Source of the DNA: a virus
Taxonomy: Duplodnaviria > Caudoviricetes
Length of the DNA stretch: 64,000 nt
Virus record (IMG/VR): IMGVR_UViG_3300028886_000070
Location: 1-64,000 of that record
Reading direction: 5' to 3' (one strand)
Positions 27,601 to 39,600 of this stretch are shown here, one piece after another. Each line of letters begins with the position of its first letter. Position 1 is the first letter of the stretch. Position numbers and translations under genes: made by a program. The notes under the pieces were generated by a model. The model searched no databases and had not been told where the DNA came from. It was given only the letters and a program-made list of their open reading frames with translations.

Positions 27601-30600
27601 GCTTCGTCGCGTCCGCGGAGTTCGCCGCCTTCACGAACGCGGCCTCGGCGGCCGGGAGCTCGCCGAGCATCTCCTCGGCAGCGTTGCGGTTCGCCCGGAC
27701 GGCGTTGTACATGAAGACGCCCGTGCCGCGCCAGAACGGGAGCGCCGTCCCGAACGCGTTGAAGTAGCGCCCGTCGCCGTGCGTGAGCCACGGGTGCTGC
27801 TTCGCGAACATGACGGCCTTGCGGTACACGGCCATGAACTCGGAGGCGACGCGGTCGCGGTCGAGCATCTGCGGCGTGCGCCCGCCCTCCTTCGAGGTGA
27901 GCTTCGCGTACGCGGCGGAGGACTTGAACATCCTGTCGATGTCGTCGCACCGGACGGACACCGCCGCCGTCTTCCATATCCTGCGCCCGTCGGCCCAGCG
28001 CTTCCCGCCGGGGTTGTGCCCGACGACGAGGCCGGAGCGGCGGAGGTCGCCGATCACGAGGCTGTTGAAGAGCGCGGAGTCGTCCGGGCTCTCGGTGCGG
28101 CGGGCCATCCCGGCCCTCGCCCTGCGCATCGCGGCGACCGCCCCGTTCACCAGACGGTCGTACAGGTTGAGGCCGTCCCTGCCGATTATGCTCTCCGGGA
28201 GCTGCTTCGTGAGGCGGACGAGCGCGATTTCGAGCGCGTCCATCTGCTCCGCCGGGTTCCCCTCGTTCCAGCGGCGCATGACGCTCTCGCGGCTGTAGAA
28301 GTCCGCGCCCCTGTCGGCCATGTCCACGCTGAAGTAGAGGCGGTCGACGCCGGTGACGATCTCCTTCTGCCCGTTCGCGTGGCCGGCGCACATCTTCTTG
28401 TAGAGGTCGATCGTGCGGAGGTCGTCCTCGGTCATGCGCACGCGGCACGTGACGCGGCGGTAGTTGTCGAACTTGACGTACTCCGCGCCCTCGCGCCGGA
28501 CGACGGAGCCGTCCTCGAAGGCGTACTCGCCCTTCTGCTTGAGGAGCTTGAGAATCTCGCCGCCGTCCTCCACGTTGTCCCCGAAGAGGAACGAGTAGTA
28601 GTTCTCGAGGCGGGCGATCTCGCCCTTCACCGCCGCGTACTCGCGGTTCTCGGCGGCCATCATCGCGCCGATGTTGTCCTGCGCGCCGAACGACTTCCTG
28701 ACGAGCGACGACAGCCACGCGTCGCAGTTGTTCGCGATGAAGAACGACTGGTTGAAGTAGTCGACGAGGCCCTGGTTCTGGTCGACGAGGTTGGAGTCGC
28801 CGATCGCCTGGTTCGCCGCCCACTCCGCCGCCGTGACGTGCGGCGGGAGGCGGTGGCGGCGCATGATCTCGCGCTGGAACGCGATGTCCTCCGCCGTCGC
28901 CGGGACGACGTCGAGCTCCTGGTAGAACTTGGCCATCGCGGCGACCTGCCACGCGGTCGTGAGCGCGAGCTTGAGGGAGCGCTGCACGCCCCTCTCGCGC
29001 CACGAGCCGAGGAAGGTGCGCAGGTGCTCCGCCGACTTCGGGTTCTCCGTGTGGATGTTCTCCGGCGTGAGCTCCGCCTCGGGGTCGTCCACGTCGATCG
29101 GGCGGAGGTCGGCCATGAACCCGTTGTCGTCGAACGCCACGTCCTTGACGCCGGCACGCAGCGTGGAGATGACGTCGTTCACGATGCGCATCCCCTGCGT
29201 GCGCCGGTACTCCATGAGGCGCGTCTGGTCGCCGACGACGAGCAGCAGCTTCTCCATCATGTCGAGGTGCATCTTCACCTCGGCCCTCGCCGTGCCGCCC
29301 GTGGTGGACGCGAGGATGGAGCGGATCTCGTCGCGGGCCTCGCGGGCGAGCTCCGTCGCGGAGGACGGCTTCGCCGACATGATCCACGCGGAGACCTGGA
29401 ACTGCGAGGCGTGCCGCGCCTGGCGCGCGCCCACGGCGTTCGTGAGCACGTTGCCGGTGCGCCCGTCCACGCGGGTCTGCGCGAGGAAGCTCGACTCGAG
29501 CGAGTGGTACATCCGCAGCGCCGCCTCGAACGCGAGGGACTTCGCGATGTCGAGATCGTCGAACGCGGCGGCCGCCTCGGGGTTGATCGTGACGAGCGCG
29601 CGGCGGAGGCCGTGCAGCACGGCGGCGCGGTCGAGCGCCTCCGTCGCGGCGGAGTCCCACACCGGGGCCGCGTACTTGGCGCGGATGTACTCGAGCGGGC
29701 GCTGCCAGCTGCCGCCGGAGCGGAGCCCCTCCTCGAGCGCCTGGTTGATCATGCGCGCCGTGCGGTAGAAGTCGCTCGCCTCCACCATCGGGTAGGTGGC
29801 GGCGCGGGCCGCGGCGGCGACCTCGGCGTCGCGCGCCTCGTTCGAGCCGGGGACGACCGTCTCCGTCCTGCGCGTCGCGTAGGACTCGCCGGACAGGGCG
29901 CCCTTCACCTCGAGGCCCGCCGCCTCGGCCATCTCGGCGCGGAGCGGGGCGTAGGCGGAGAGGACGTCCTTGAGCGCGTCCGCGCCGGTCGCCGGGTCGT
30001 CGAGCATCTCGGCGAGGACCGACTCGACCTCCCGGCTCGCGTCCACGTCCTCCTGGGAGAACACGGCTCCCGGGGTGTCCTCGATCTCCTCGACGGAGCC
30101 GGTCGCCTCGCGGGGCGCGGTCGCCTCGGCGAGGAGTTCGGCCTCGGACTTCCCGGCGTACATGGCGGCGCGGGTCTCGGCGAGGCGCGCCCTCACCGCC
30201 TCCGCGACGGAAGCCTGGTCGAGGTTCGCGAGGTCCTCGCCGAGCAGCTCCTTCCTTCTCGCGTCGGAGGTCTGGGCGATGCCGTGGACGGCCATCTTGA
30301 AGATGGTGTCCTCGGGCATCTCCTCGTAGCTGAACCCGTGGACGAGCGCCTCGAAGAGCCCGCGCAGGAAGTCGAAGATGCGGCGGAACACGCCGCGCAC
30401 CTCGGCGGTCTCCTCGGTGTTGCCCTCGACCCACTTGCGGAACGCCTCGGCCATGCGCTCCTCGGTCTCGCCCGTCCAGGCGTCCGAGCCGTCGGCGTTG
30501 AACCGCTTCGCGAGCTGCGACCTGTCCTCGGCGGACAGGACGCCGCACGCGTCGAACATGCGCATCATGGCGTGGAAGTACTCGTGGTACACCTTCGTGC

Positions 30601-33600
30601 CCGCGTCGGCGGGGAGGCGTATCGCGCCGCAGAGCGTCGCTATGCCGCGCGCGTCCACGGACGAGACGACGCGGTTCATGGTCGCGCCGCCGACGCCGTA
30701 GCGGCGGACGAGCCCCTCGCGCACGCGGCGGGGCATCCGCAGGAAGTCGTCGGGCGTGATGCCGAGGTCGGCGGACGCGCAGAGCGACTCCGCGTAGTCG
30801 CGGGAGTCGGCGAGCGCGGAGACCTGCTCCGGCGTGTCGCAGAGCGGACCCTCGCCCACCGTGACGGAGAGGACGGCCCTCGCGTTCGCGCCCGCGTCCC
30901 CGCGCAGCGCCCCGCGTATGACGAACGACGGGCCGCCCGAGTACTCGACGGACGCCCAGCTGCCGAGCATGGCGGACATGGCGAGCGCCACCTCCGCGAC
31001 GCGCGGGTCGTACTGCCCGTCCTTGAGCGCCTTCGCCTGCGGGACGGAGAAGCCGCCCGCCGCCTCGCCCGCCCTCGCGGGGGCGGAGTCGGACGCGGCC
31101 CGGCGGTAGGAGTCGCCCCAGCCGCCGTCCATGTAGTCGAGTATGTCGGAGAACACGTCGTCGGCGAAGATGTCGCACGAGTTGCGGAAGTCCGGGTTCT
31201 CGCGCCCCTCGGAGACGCCCCTGCGCCACTTGTCGCGGACGCGGGCGAGCGCGCCGGAGACGGCGGGGTAGAAGCTGTCGCTCCCGGCGAGGCTCGCCGC
31301 CGTGTCGGCCGCGTAGCCGGCGAGGGAGTCGTAGTCCTCCTCGGAGAACGAGGTGTCGGCGACGAGGCGGCGCTTCGCCTTCGCGCCGATCTTCGCGAGG
31401 CGCTTCCTGCGCGCGAGGCTCTTCGGCGCCCAGTCGGTAGAGACGAGCAGGTCGACGAAGCCCTCGTCCGCCGCGTTCAGCTCCGCCTCCGCGTCCGAGA
31501 GCGACTCGTAGTAGCGCGCCGGGAGGAGGTTCACGATGGACGGGGACTGCGGCGTCGGCGCGCCGAGCGTGCGAGAGGTGAGGACGGTGTACGCCGGGAT
31601 GAGCTGGCCGAACATCATGGACGGCGTGACGGCGACGCCCTCGCCGAAGACCTCCTCGAGGCGGAACAGCGCGGCGCGCGCCTTCACGACGACGCGGCGC
31701 GTCTCCGGGTCGAGCGCGTCGAGGCGCTCCTCGTCGGACTTGCCCTCGAACTTGCGCCCGAGCTTCTCGGTGACGAGCTGCTCGATCGACTCGCGGGAGA
31801 GCGAGAACGTGCGCGTGATGATCGACGACGCGTCCGCCGCGTCCTCGTTGTGGTGGCGCGTCCCGCCGAACGCCGCGCCCGCGATCACCTCCGCGAACAT
31901 GGCGCGGATGCGCAGGATCGACTCGTCGTCGTTCGCCTGGAAGTTGGCGACGAGGCGCGAGAGCCCGCGGCCCGCCTCGCCGTAGGGGAGCGTGGTCTTG
32001 GGCTTGCCGGTGCGCTCGTCCTCCACCTCGACCTCGCCGTAGGCGCGGTCCGGGGCGAGGCGGACGTACGCGATCGCCTTGTTGCCGTCCGGGCGGTTGT
32101 ACTCGCGGGACGTGGACATCAGCTCGTACATGAGCGTGAACATCGCCTCGATGCCCTGGCGCATCTCGAGGACGCCGGGGTCGAGCGAGAAGTCGCCGTT
32201 CGGCGACGCCCACTGGAGGGCGTCCCTCGCGCCCGAGGCGATCGCCTTCAGCGCGGAGTAGAGGCCGCGCCCGTCGGCGACGAAGGTGTCCCCGACCTCC
32301 ACGGAGAGGTCGGCCATCGAGCGGAAGAGCCCGCACACGTAGGGGAGCTGCTGCGCGTTCGACTGGAGCGCGAGCCGGTCCCACGAGTCGAGGCCGTCGC
32401 GCAGGAGGAGCTTCGCGAGCGCGCGGCGCTTGCCGGGCACGTCCTCCGCCGCGTCGCGGAACTGCTCCGGGAACGTCTGCGAGAAGCGCCGCTCCGCCGC
32501 CGTGATGGCGCGCGCCGCTACCGTGCGCAGCCCGTCGCCGATCTCGTAGGAGAGGCGCGTCGCCGCGTGCATCCGCTCGAACGCGGACATGAGGTCGTAG
32601 GTGCGCCCGTTGGGCAGCATGAGGACGGCGCGGTCGCGGGAGGCGGCGTCGTCGCCGAGGCGCTGCACCACGGACTTGAACGCCTGCACGGTGCGGTCGC
32701 GCCGCCCGGTCGCCATGTCGTCGCCGGGGTCGGCCACGAGGTAGTTCACGGAGTTCCCGAACGAGCGCGCGGACATGAGCACCTGGCGCTTCAGGATCCA
32801 CTCGGCGAAGTCGCGGACGCGCGGGCTCGCGGCGAGCGCCGCCACGATGTCCTGCGACGAGCCGTCGGGCATGGCGGTCGCGCCGCTCTCGCCCTTCTCG
32901 AGGCCGAGCTCCTCGCGGACGAGCCACGCGACGTAGCCCGCCATCGGGTTGGAGCCGCGCCCGCGGGCGACGCCCTCGACGATCGCGGAGACGGCCTTGC
33001 GCCCGCCTCCCTCGGCGAGCCCGTCCGCGACCGACTCGACGGCGGCGACGAGCGCGGCGCCGTAGGTGGACGGGTCGCCGGAGGCGCGCCACGGGTCCTT
33101 CGCCGTGCCGGAGCCCTCGATGCCGAACGCGTCGACGACGTTGCTCCGGTAGAGCCTGTCGCCCCCGCCGAGGACGGCGGAGCAGACGTAGCGCCTCGCG
33201 TCCATGTCGCCGACGCGGCTCGCCCGGAGCATCTGCCAGAAGCGGCCCTTCGACTTGACCTCGCTCGAGTACGAGGCGAGCACCTTCGCGAAGTCCTCGT
33301 CGGTGACGGGGAGGCGTCCGCCTCCCGGCCTGTTGATGAGGAGCTCGGTGATGACGGTGTCCATCATCCCGCTCGTCCAGCCGAGGCGTCCGCACATCTG
33401 CTCCTTGAGGTCGTCGAACGTGGCGTTGGAGAGGCCGTCGACGTGGTACATGAAGCGGAACCAGTCGGCGGGGCTCTCGTCGCCGTTGAAGAGCGACATG
33501 TCGCCGGACGTGAAGAAGCCGCTCGTCCACGCGAGGTGCAGCGAGCGCGCGAGCGACACGATGACGCCGCGCGCCTTCGACGCGTCGAGCGCGGCGGCGG

Positions 33601-36600
33601 ACGCGACGGAGGCGGTCTCCGGGTCGCCGATCGTGTGGTCGGCGTCGAGGACGGGCGGGAGCGCGTGCTCCATCACGGCGTCCTTGTTCGACGTGGGGAA
33701 CGGGTTCGTCGGGCGCGAGGCGATGCCGCCGAGGAACTTGCGGCGCGCGCCGCCCTTCTCCGAGGCGCGCGGGACGACGCGGGCGCGCCCGTCGGCGCCG
33801 ATCTCCTCGGCGTCCGTCGGGAGCCTGCGGGCCATGCTGAAGAGCCCGCGCACGAACGAGTTCGACACGCGCCGGCGCACCGGCTCCGCGACGCGGTAGT
33901 ACCATCCCTCCGGGCTCTCGCCGTCGGGGACGTCCTCCTCGCGCTGCTCCTCGTCGTTCCACACGGTCTTCTGGAGGAAGCCCGCGGCGGCGAGGTCGCC
34001 GAGGTATCTGTCGCGGGCCGAGGGGTCGGACGCGAACGTGGACGCGTCGGCGGACGGCGCGGGCGGGTTCGAGAAGCGGGTGGAGCCGTCGGCGTCCACG
34101 GTGAGCATGTAGAGCTTCGTCTTGTCGCCGTCGTGGTCGCAGCCGAGGATCGCGTTCGTCGTCGGGTCGGGAGACACCATCGCGTCGCGCCCGACCTTCC
34201 ACCGCTTCGCGGCCTTGCCCTCGGAGTCAGTGCCCTCGTACTCGATCTCCGTCACCGGGAGCCCGGCGCGGACGACCTGTAGCCACATCGAGCCGTTGTA
34301 CGACGGGGTGCGCGGGAGGCCGAACATCGTGCCGCCGAGGAACAGGTGCGACTTGCCGTCCGCGTCGAGCGTCACGGCGTCGTCGCCGAACTGGACGGCG
34401 GAGAGGTCGAACACGTCGCCGCGCCCCCTGTCCGCGTCGCGCATGAAGAGGTCCTCGATGCCGAAGCGCTCGACGTACCTGTCGCCGTGCTCGGAGATCT
34501 TCTGGCCGTGGTGGTCGAGGAAGACCCCGGCGATCGCCTCGCGCAGCTTCTTCGCCTCCGCCTTGGCCTCATCCGCCCCCTCGCGCCCGGGCTCCGCCCT
34601 GCGCTGGAGGTCGCGGAGGCGCGTGAACGCGCGCCCGAGGGCGAGCGCCCGGACGTGCCCGCGGGTGTCCGCGCCGGGCGAACCGGCTGCGTCGAGCTCC
34701 GCGGCGGCGATGTCGGCGGCGAACGCCTCCGAGGACTCGAACGCCTCCTCGTCCAGGAACCATCCGTAGCGGAAGCCGTTGGAGCGGACGTTCACGTTGC
34801 AGAGGGCGACGCGCCTCGGCACGCCGAAGAACCTCGCCTCGTCCTCCGTGAAGAGCGTCGAGCCCTGCATCATCGCCCTGTGCATCGGCGACTTCGAGTG
34901 GCAGAACACGTTGCCCTCGTCGTCGCAGAACGAGCCGCTCGAGACGAGCGGGGCGTCGATGCCGGAGAGCGGGAGGTTGGAAGCCTGCCGCGTCTTCGAC
35001 CACACCATGCGCGCGAGCTCCTCCAGCGCGTTCTGCCCGCGCGGGCTCTCGCCGTAGCGGGCGAGCTCGAGGAGCGACTGCGACTGGCGGCGCAGCGACG
35101 CGGCCATGCGCGGGTCGGAGTACACCGTCCCGGCGACGAGGCCCCAGTTCGCGACGAGGTCGAGGAGCTCGGGCACGGTCGTCCCGTCCTCGCCCATCCA
35201 CCCGCCGCGGGTGAGCGCGGTCGCCATCGTCACGGCGTCCACCTCGTAGTTGCGGGCGGCGCGCCCCGGCTCCGCCGGTATGCCCGACGTGTGCGAGACG
35301 TTCGCGACGGTGTAGGCCATCGCGCCGTTCTCCTGGTACGAGAGGTCGATCGCGGTCTCGCCGTCGAAGCCGTCGACGGAGTTCGCGACGACGCCCGGCA
35401 TCAGCTCGGAGAGCTTCACGTCGCGGACCGTTCCCTCCGCGAGGTCCTCGACGCGCAGCGGCCCGACCTTCTCGTCGAGCTCGTCGCCCGTCATCCTGTC
35501 GAACTTCACGCCGGACGCGGCAAGGGACTCGAGGACGGAGAAGACGTGCTCCATCACGGCCTTGCCGCCGACGCGCAGCGCCTTCGAGTTCGCGACGCCG
35601 ATCTTGTACGAGTCGAAGTCCGTGAGGAAGTCCGTGCTCAACTTGTCGGAGCCGCGCCACTTCTCGAGGTAGTCCATGACGAGGCGCTCCGAGGAGCCCT
35701 CGAGGAACTGGCCTCCCTCCTCGCCCGTGGCGACCGAGAGCGACTTGCCGAAGAAGAGGTCCTCGCCCTGCGTGGAGACCACGTGGGCCTTGAGCGTCGC
35801 GGAGCGCGGGTCCTGAGCCATCTCCTTCAGCGCCTGCGCGCCGTAGCCGCGCATGAAGGTCGAGCCCTTCCACGCCTCGGCGGCGAGCTTGTCGAACTTC
35901 TTCTGCGCCTTGGCATCGGCCATGCGCTCGGAGCGGCGGATCTTCAGGATGTGGACGCGGTTCTCGCCGAAGCGGCGCTTCACCTCCGGCGGCCTTCCGT
36001 CGACGCGGGTATAGGTCACGGAGTTCGCGAGGCCGTCCTCGCCCACGTCGTACGACACCTGGTAGACGCGGCCCTCGTGCTCCACGACGGCGGACGCTCC
36101 GAGGCCGCGCGCGTTCTCGCGCCCCTTGGAGGCCGGGGTGAACTTCTGCGTCAGCGTCCCGCCGGGGTCGAGCGCGGCGAGCTTCTTCACGGTCGCCGGG
36201 AGCGCGAGGACGTACAGGCCCTTCTCGTCATAGAGCGTGCTGCCCTTGAGCACGGCCTTCACCGGCTCGCCCTCGGGAGCCGGCGGCTCCACGGCCTGCG
36301 TCTCGACGCCGATCATGCCCGTGCCCTGCGCCTCGAGCGACGAGATGGCCGAGCGCTTCGCGTCGGTGAACATGCGGTCGAGGCCGATCGCCTTGCTCAC
36401 GCCCTTCGCGAGCTGGTCGTACGTCGCGGTGTCGCGGCCTTCCGGGACCCATATCCCGGAGCCCTCGATCTCCGCGTAGCCGTTCGACCCGAGGTACTGC
36501 TCGAGCTCCTTCTCGCCGACGTTGTACGAGGACGAGGAGCGGTAAGCCTTCGCGTCGGCGACGATGACGGCGCCGGCCTTCGTCGCGGCGTCGAGCTCGG

Positions 36601-39600
36601 CGCGGAGCGACGGATCGTCGATGCCCACGCGGTCCTTGCGACGCCCGTTGATCGAGACGCCCACCACGTCTTGCGACGTGTAGCGCCCGGTGTTCGCGAT
36701 GTCGGCGAAGTGCTCCGCGTACGCGGCGGTCGAGCCGGAGCCGAAGCCGATGAAGCGGGTGATGCCGCCGAGCTGGTTGAACTTGGCCTGGTCCTTCGCC
36801 TTGTGCCTGTTGCCGGTCGACGGCAGCACGTGGCTCCCCGTCCTCCCCTTGCGCTCCCTGTACGTCGGGTTGTCCTCCGGCGTCTGGTCCTGCGCGGAGG
36901 GGAGGAACGAGCCGTCTGGGAGGATGCGCACGGCGCGCGGCACCTGGAGGAGCGTGGACGAGCCGTGGTCGCCCGAGAACACCTGCACCCAGTACACGGG
37001 CTGCGACGTGTCGGCGTACGCCTTGCGGCACGCCTCGCGCAGCTCCACGCTGTCGTAGCTCGCGGACACGTTCTTCGCGCAGATGGGCGTGTGCCTCGCG
37101 TCCGGCCAGCAGGCGTCCTGCCTGCACCGGTTGATCTCGGCGGGGTCGGTGACGCCGAACGCCCTCTCGCACACCTCGGCGAACGAGACGCCGCCGAGCT
37201 TGCCGTCCTTGTACAGCCACTTCGCCACGATCGGCACGAGGTCGCGGGGCGATATGACGACGGACGAGCCCTCGGAGTCGCGCTCCGGGTCGATCTCCGC
37301 CGTCATGATCGTGGTCGGCAGGGCGTCGGAGAACGTCGTGAGGAACGTCATCAGCGGGTCGGAGATGGACGGCGAGCGCTTCGCCTCGCGCAGGGACGAG
37401 CGGCGCGGGTTGCCCGTCGCGAACGCGGCGGTGAACGCGGTCGCCACCTCGGAGCGGCGCACCGGGCCGGAGCCCGACTCGGCGAGCGCGTCGAGCGTGG
37501 AGCACACGGTCTCGACGAGGTCGATGTCCTCCGCCGCGCCCTTCTTGTTCTCGCGGAACGAGACGGAGGCGGCGAGGTCGCGTATGCGCTTCTCGGTGAG
37601 ATCGGCCCACGCGTTGTGCGCGAGGCCGGACGCGAGGGCGCTGTAGAGCGGGGACTCCGTGCCGAACTCGGAGGCGAGTATCTCGGCGACGAGCGACGCG
37701 TTGCGCTCGAGGACGGAGCGGGCGGACGAGCCCTGCCCGAGGGCGGCGAACTCGCCGGTGTCGCGCAGCTCGCCGACGAGCGTGCGCAGCCTGTCCGCCG
37801 CGTCGCGGAGCTCCTGGCGGGACTTGCCGACTATCGCGGCGAACCCGTTCGTCACGATGTTCTCGCCGACCTTGCCGTGCGCGGCGCGGAACGCCGGGGC
37901 CATGCGGCCCGTCTCGCGGTTGAGCCGGATCGGGGACGCGGCGACGGAGTGCGCCATGAGCTTGCCGAAGCGGATGCGCGCCTCGCGGGGGAGCGCCGAG
38001 AGGTACGCGACGAGGAACGCGCCGCGCCTCGAGAGCGGGTAGCCGCCCGCGTCCGCGAGGAGCGCCTTCACGTGCCTGTCCGCCGGGGAGTCCGCGCTGT
38101 CGAACTCGAGGAGCGTCTCGCGGTGGAGCGCGTCGTGCTCCGCCTGCGTGCGGCCCGCCGGGTTCATCTTCGGGTTGAGGAGGCGGAACAGGAAGCCGAT
38201 CGCGTCCCTCGCCTCGTCGGGGTAGTCCTCGGCGAGCTCGGCCGCCCGGTCGACGCCCATGCGCGACGCCTCGCGGGCGAGGCGCAGGAAGCCCTGGAGG
38301 TTGCGGCCCGTCTCGGGCGAGACGCGCTGCGCGAGGGCGAGGAAGTCCTCCATCGCCTCGGAGTTGTACTCGGCGAGCGCCTGGTCGTTGAAGTTGTCGG
38401 ACGAGACGTCCTCGCTCTCCTTCTCCTCCTGGGAGAAGCGCCACTTCGCGCCGGAGACGACGAAGCCGTCCCAGCCGGCGTTCGCCCGGATGCGCGCGGC
38501 GTCGGCGACGCGGTACGCGACGCGGATGTCGTCGAGCTCCTCGTCCGCGAGCGCCGGGAACATCCGGCGCGCCGTCTCCGCGACGGTCTCCTCGGAGACG
38601 CCCTCGCCGAGCGAGAGCGCGGAGCGGACGCACACGTTCACGGCGAGGCGCGCCTGGCTCCTCGTCATGCGCCGGCCCTCTATCGTCTCCGCGCCGTAGC
38701 GCTCGGAGAACGCGCGCTCCTCGGAGCGGGCCCTCGTGCCGAACGCGGACGGGAGCGGCGCCGGCTCCTCCTCGCCGTACATGGTGGAGAAGCTCTCGCC
38801 GTCGTCGGCCGTGCCGTTGTCGGAGGCGTTCCTCGCGCCGTCGGCGGCCGCGGAGCGTCCGCCCTTCAGCACCGACTGGACGGGCTTCGTCGCCTCGTCG
38901 AGCGCGCGCTTCTTCTCGGTGAGGTCGTTCGCGGCGGAGTCGAGCGCGGTCTGCGCGTCGGCGATCGCCCCGGGCGCCGGGGCCTCGGCGCGCCCGCGCC
39001 GTGCCTCGAGAAGCTGTCGGCGGAGGCCCACGACCTGTCCGCGCAGGGTCTCGACCTGGCGGGCCGCGTCCTCGTACTGCGCCTTCACGCGGGCGTACTC
39101 GTTGAGGGACTCGTCGACGGTCGCGGCCTTCTTCATCTCCCGGACGGACGCGCGGAGGGCGATCCTCTGCTGCTCCGTGGAGCCCGAGTCGGACGCGAGC
39201 GCGTCCTCGGCGACCTGGCGGAAGAACTCCGCCGTCGCGGCGGGCACGTCGCGGCCGCTGTCGAGCACCTTGCGGACGACGCCGTAGAGCTGGCCGACGA
39301 AGGTGTAGTGCCCGAGGAGGGCGGCGTCCGGCTCGCCGGACTCGGCCTGCCTCGCGGACGAGCGCAGCGCCTCCTTCTCCTCCTCGGTGATGACCGGCGC
39401 GCCGGACTTCGCCATCGACGAGAGGCGCGTGATGCAGCCGTTGAGGAAGGCGGTGTAGCCGAGCCCGCCGGGGAGCGACTCCCTCACGGCGTCGCGCAGG
39501 GCGTTGGGGTTCCCCGCCGCGTACGACATGAGCTGGCGGATGCCGCGCTGCGAGCCCGCGTCCGCGACGCCTCCCGCCGCGTTCTCCACGGCGGCGTCGA

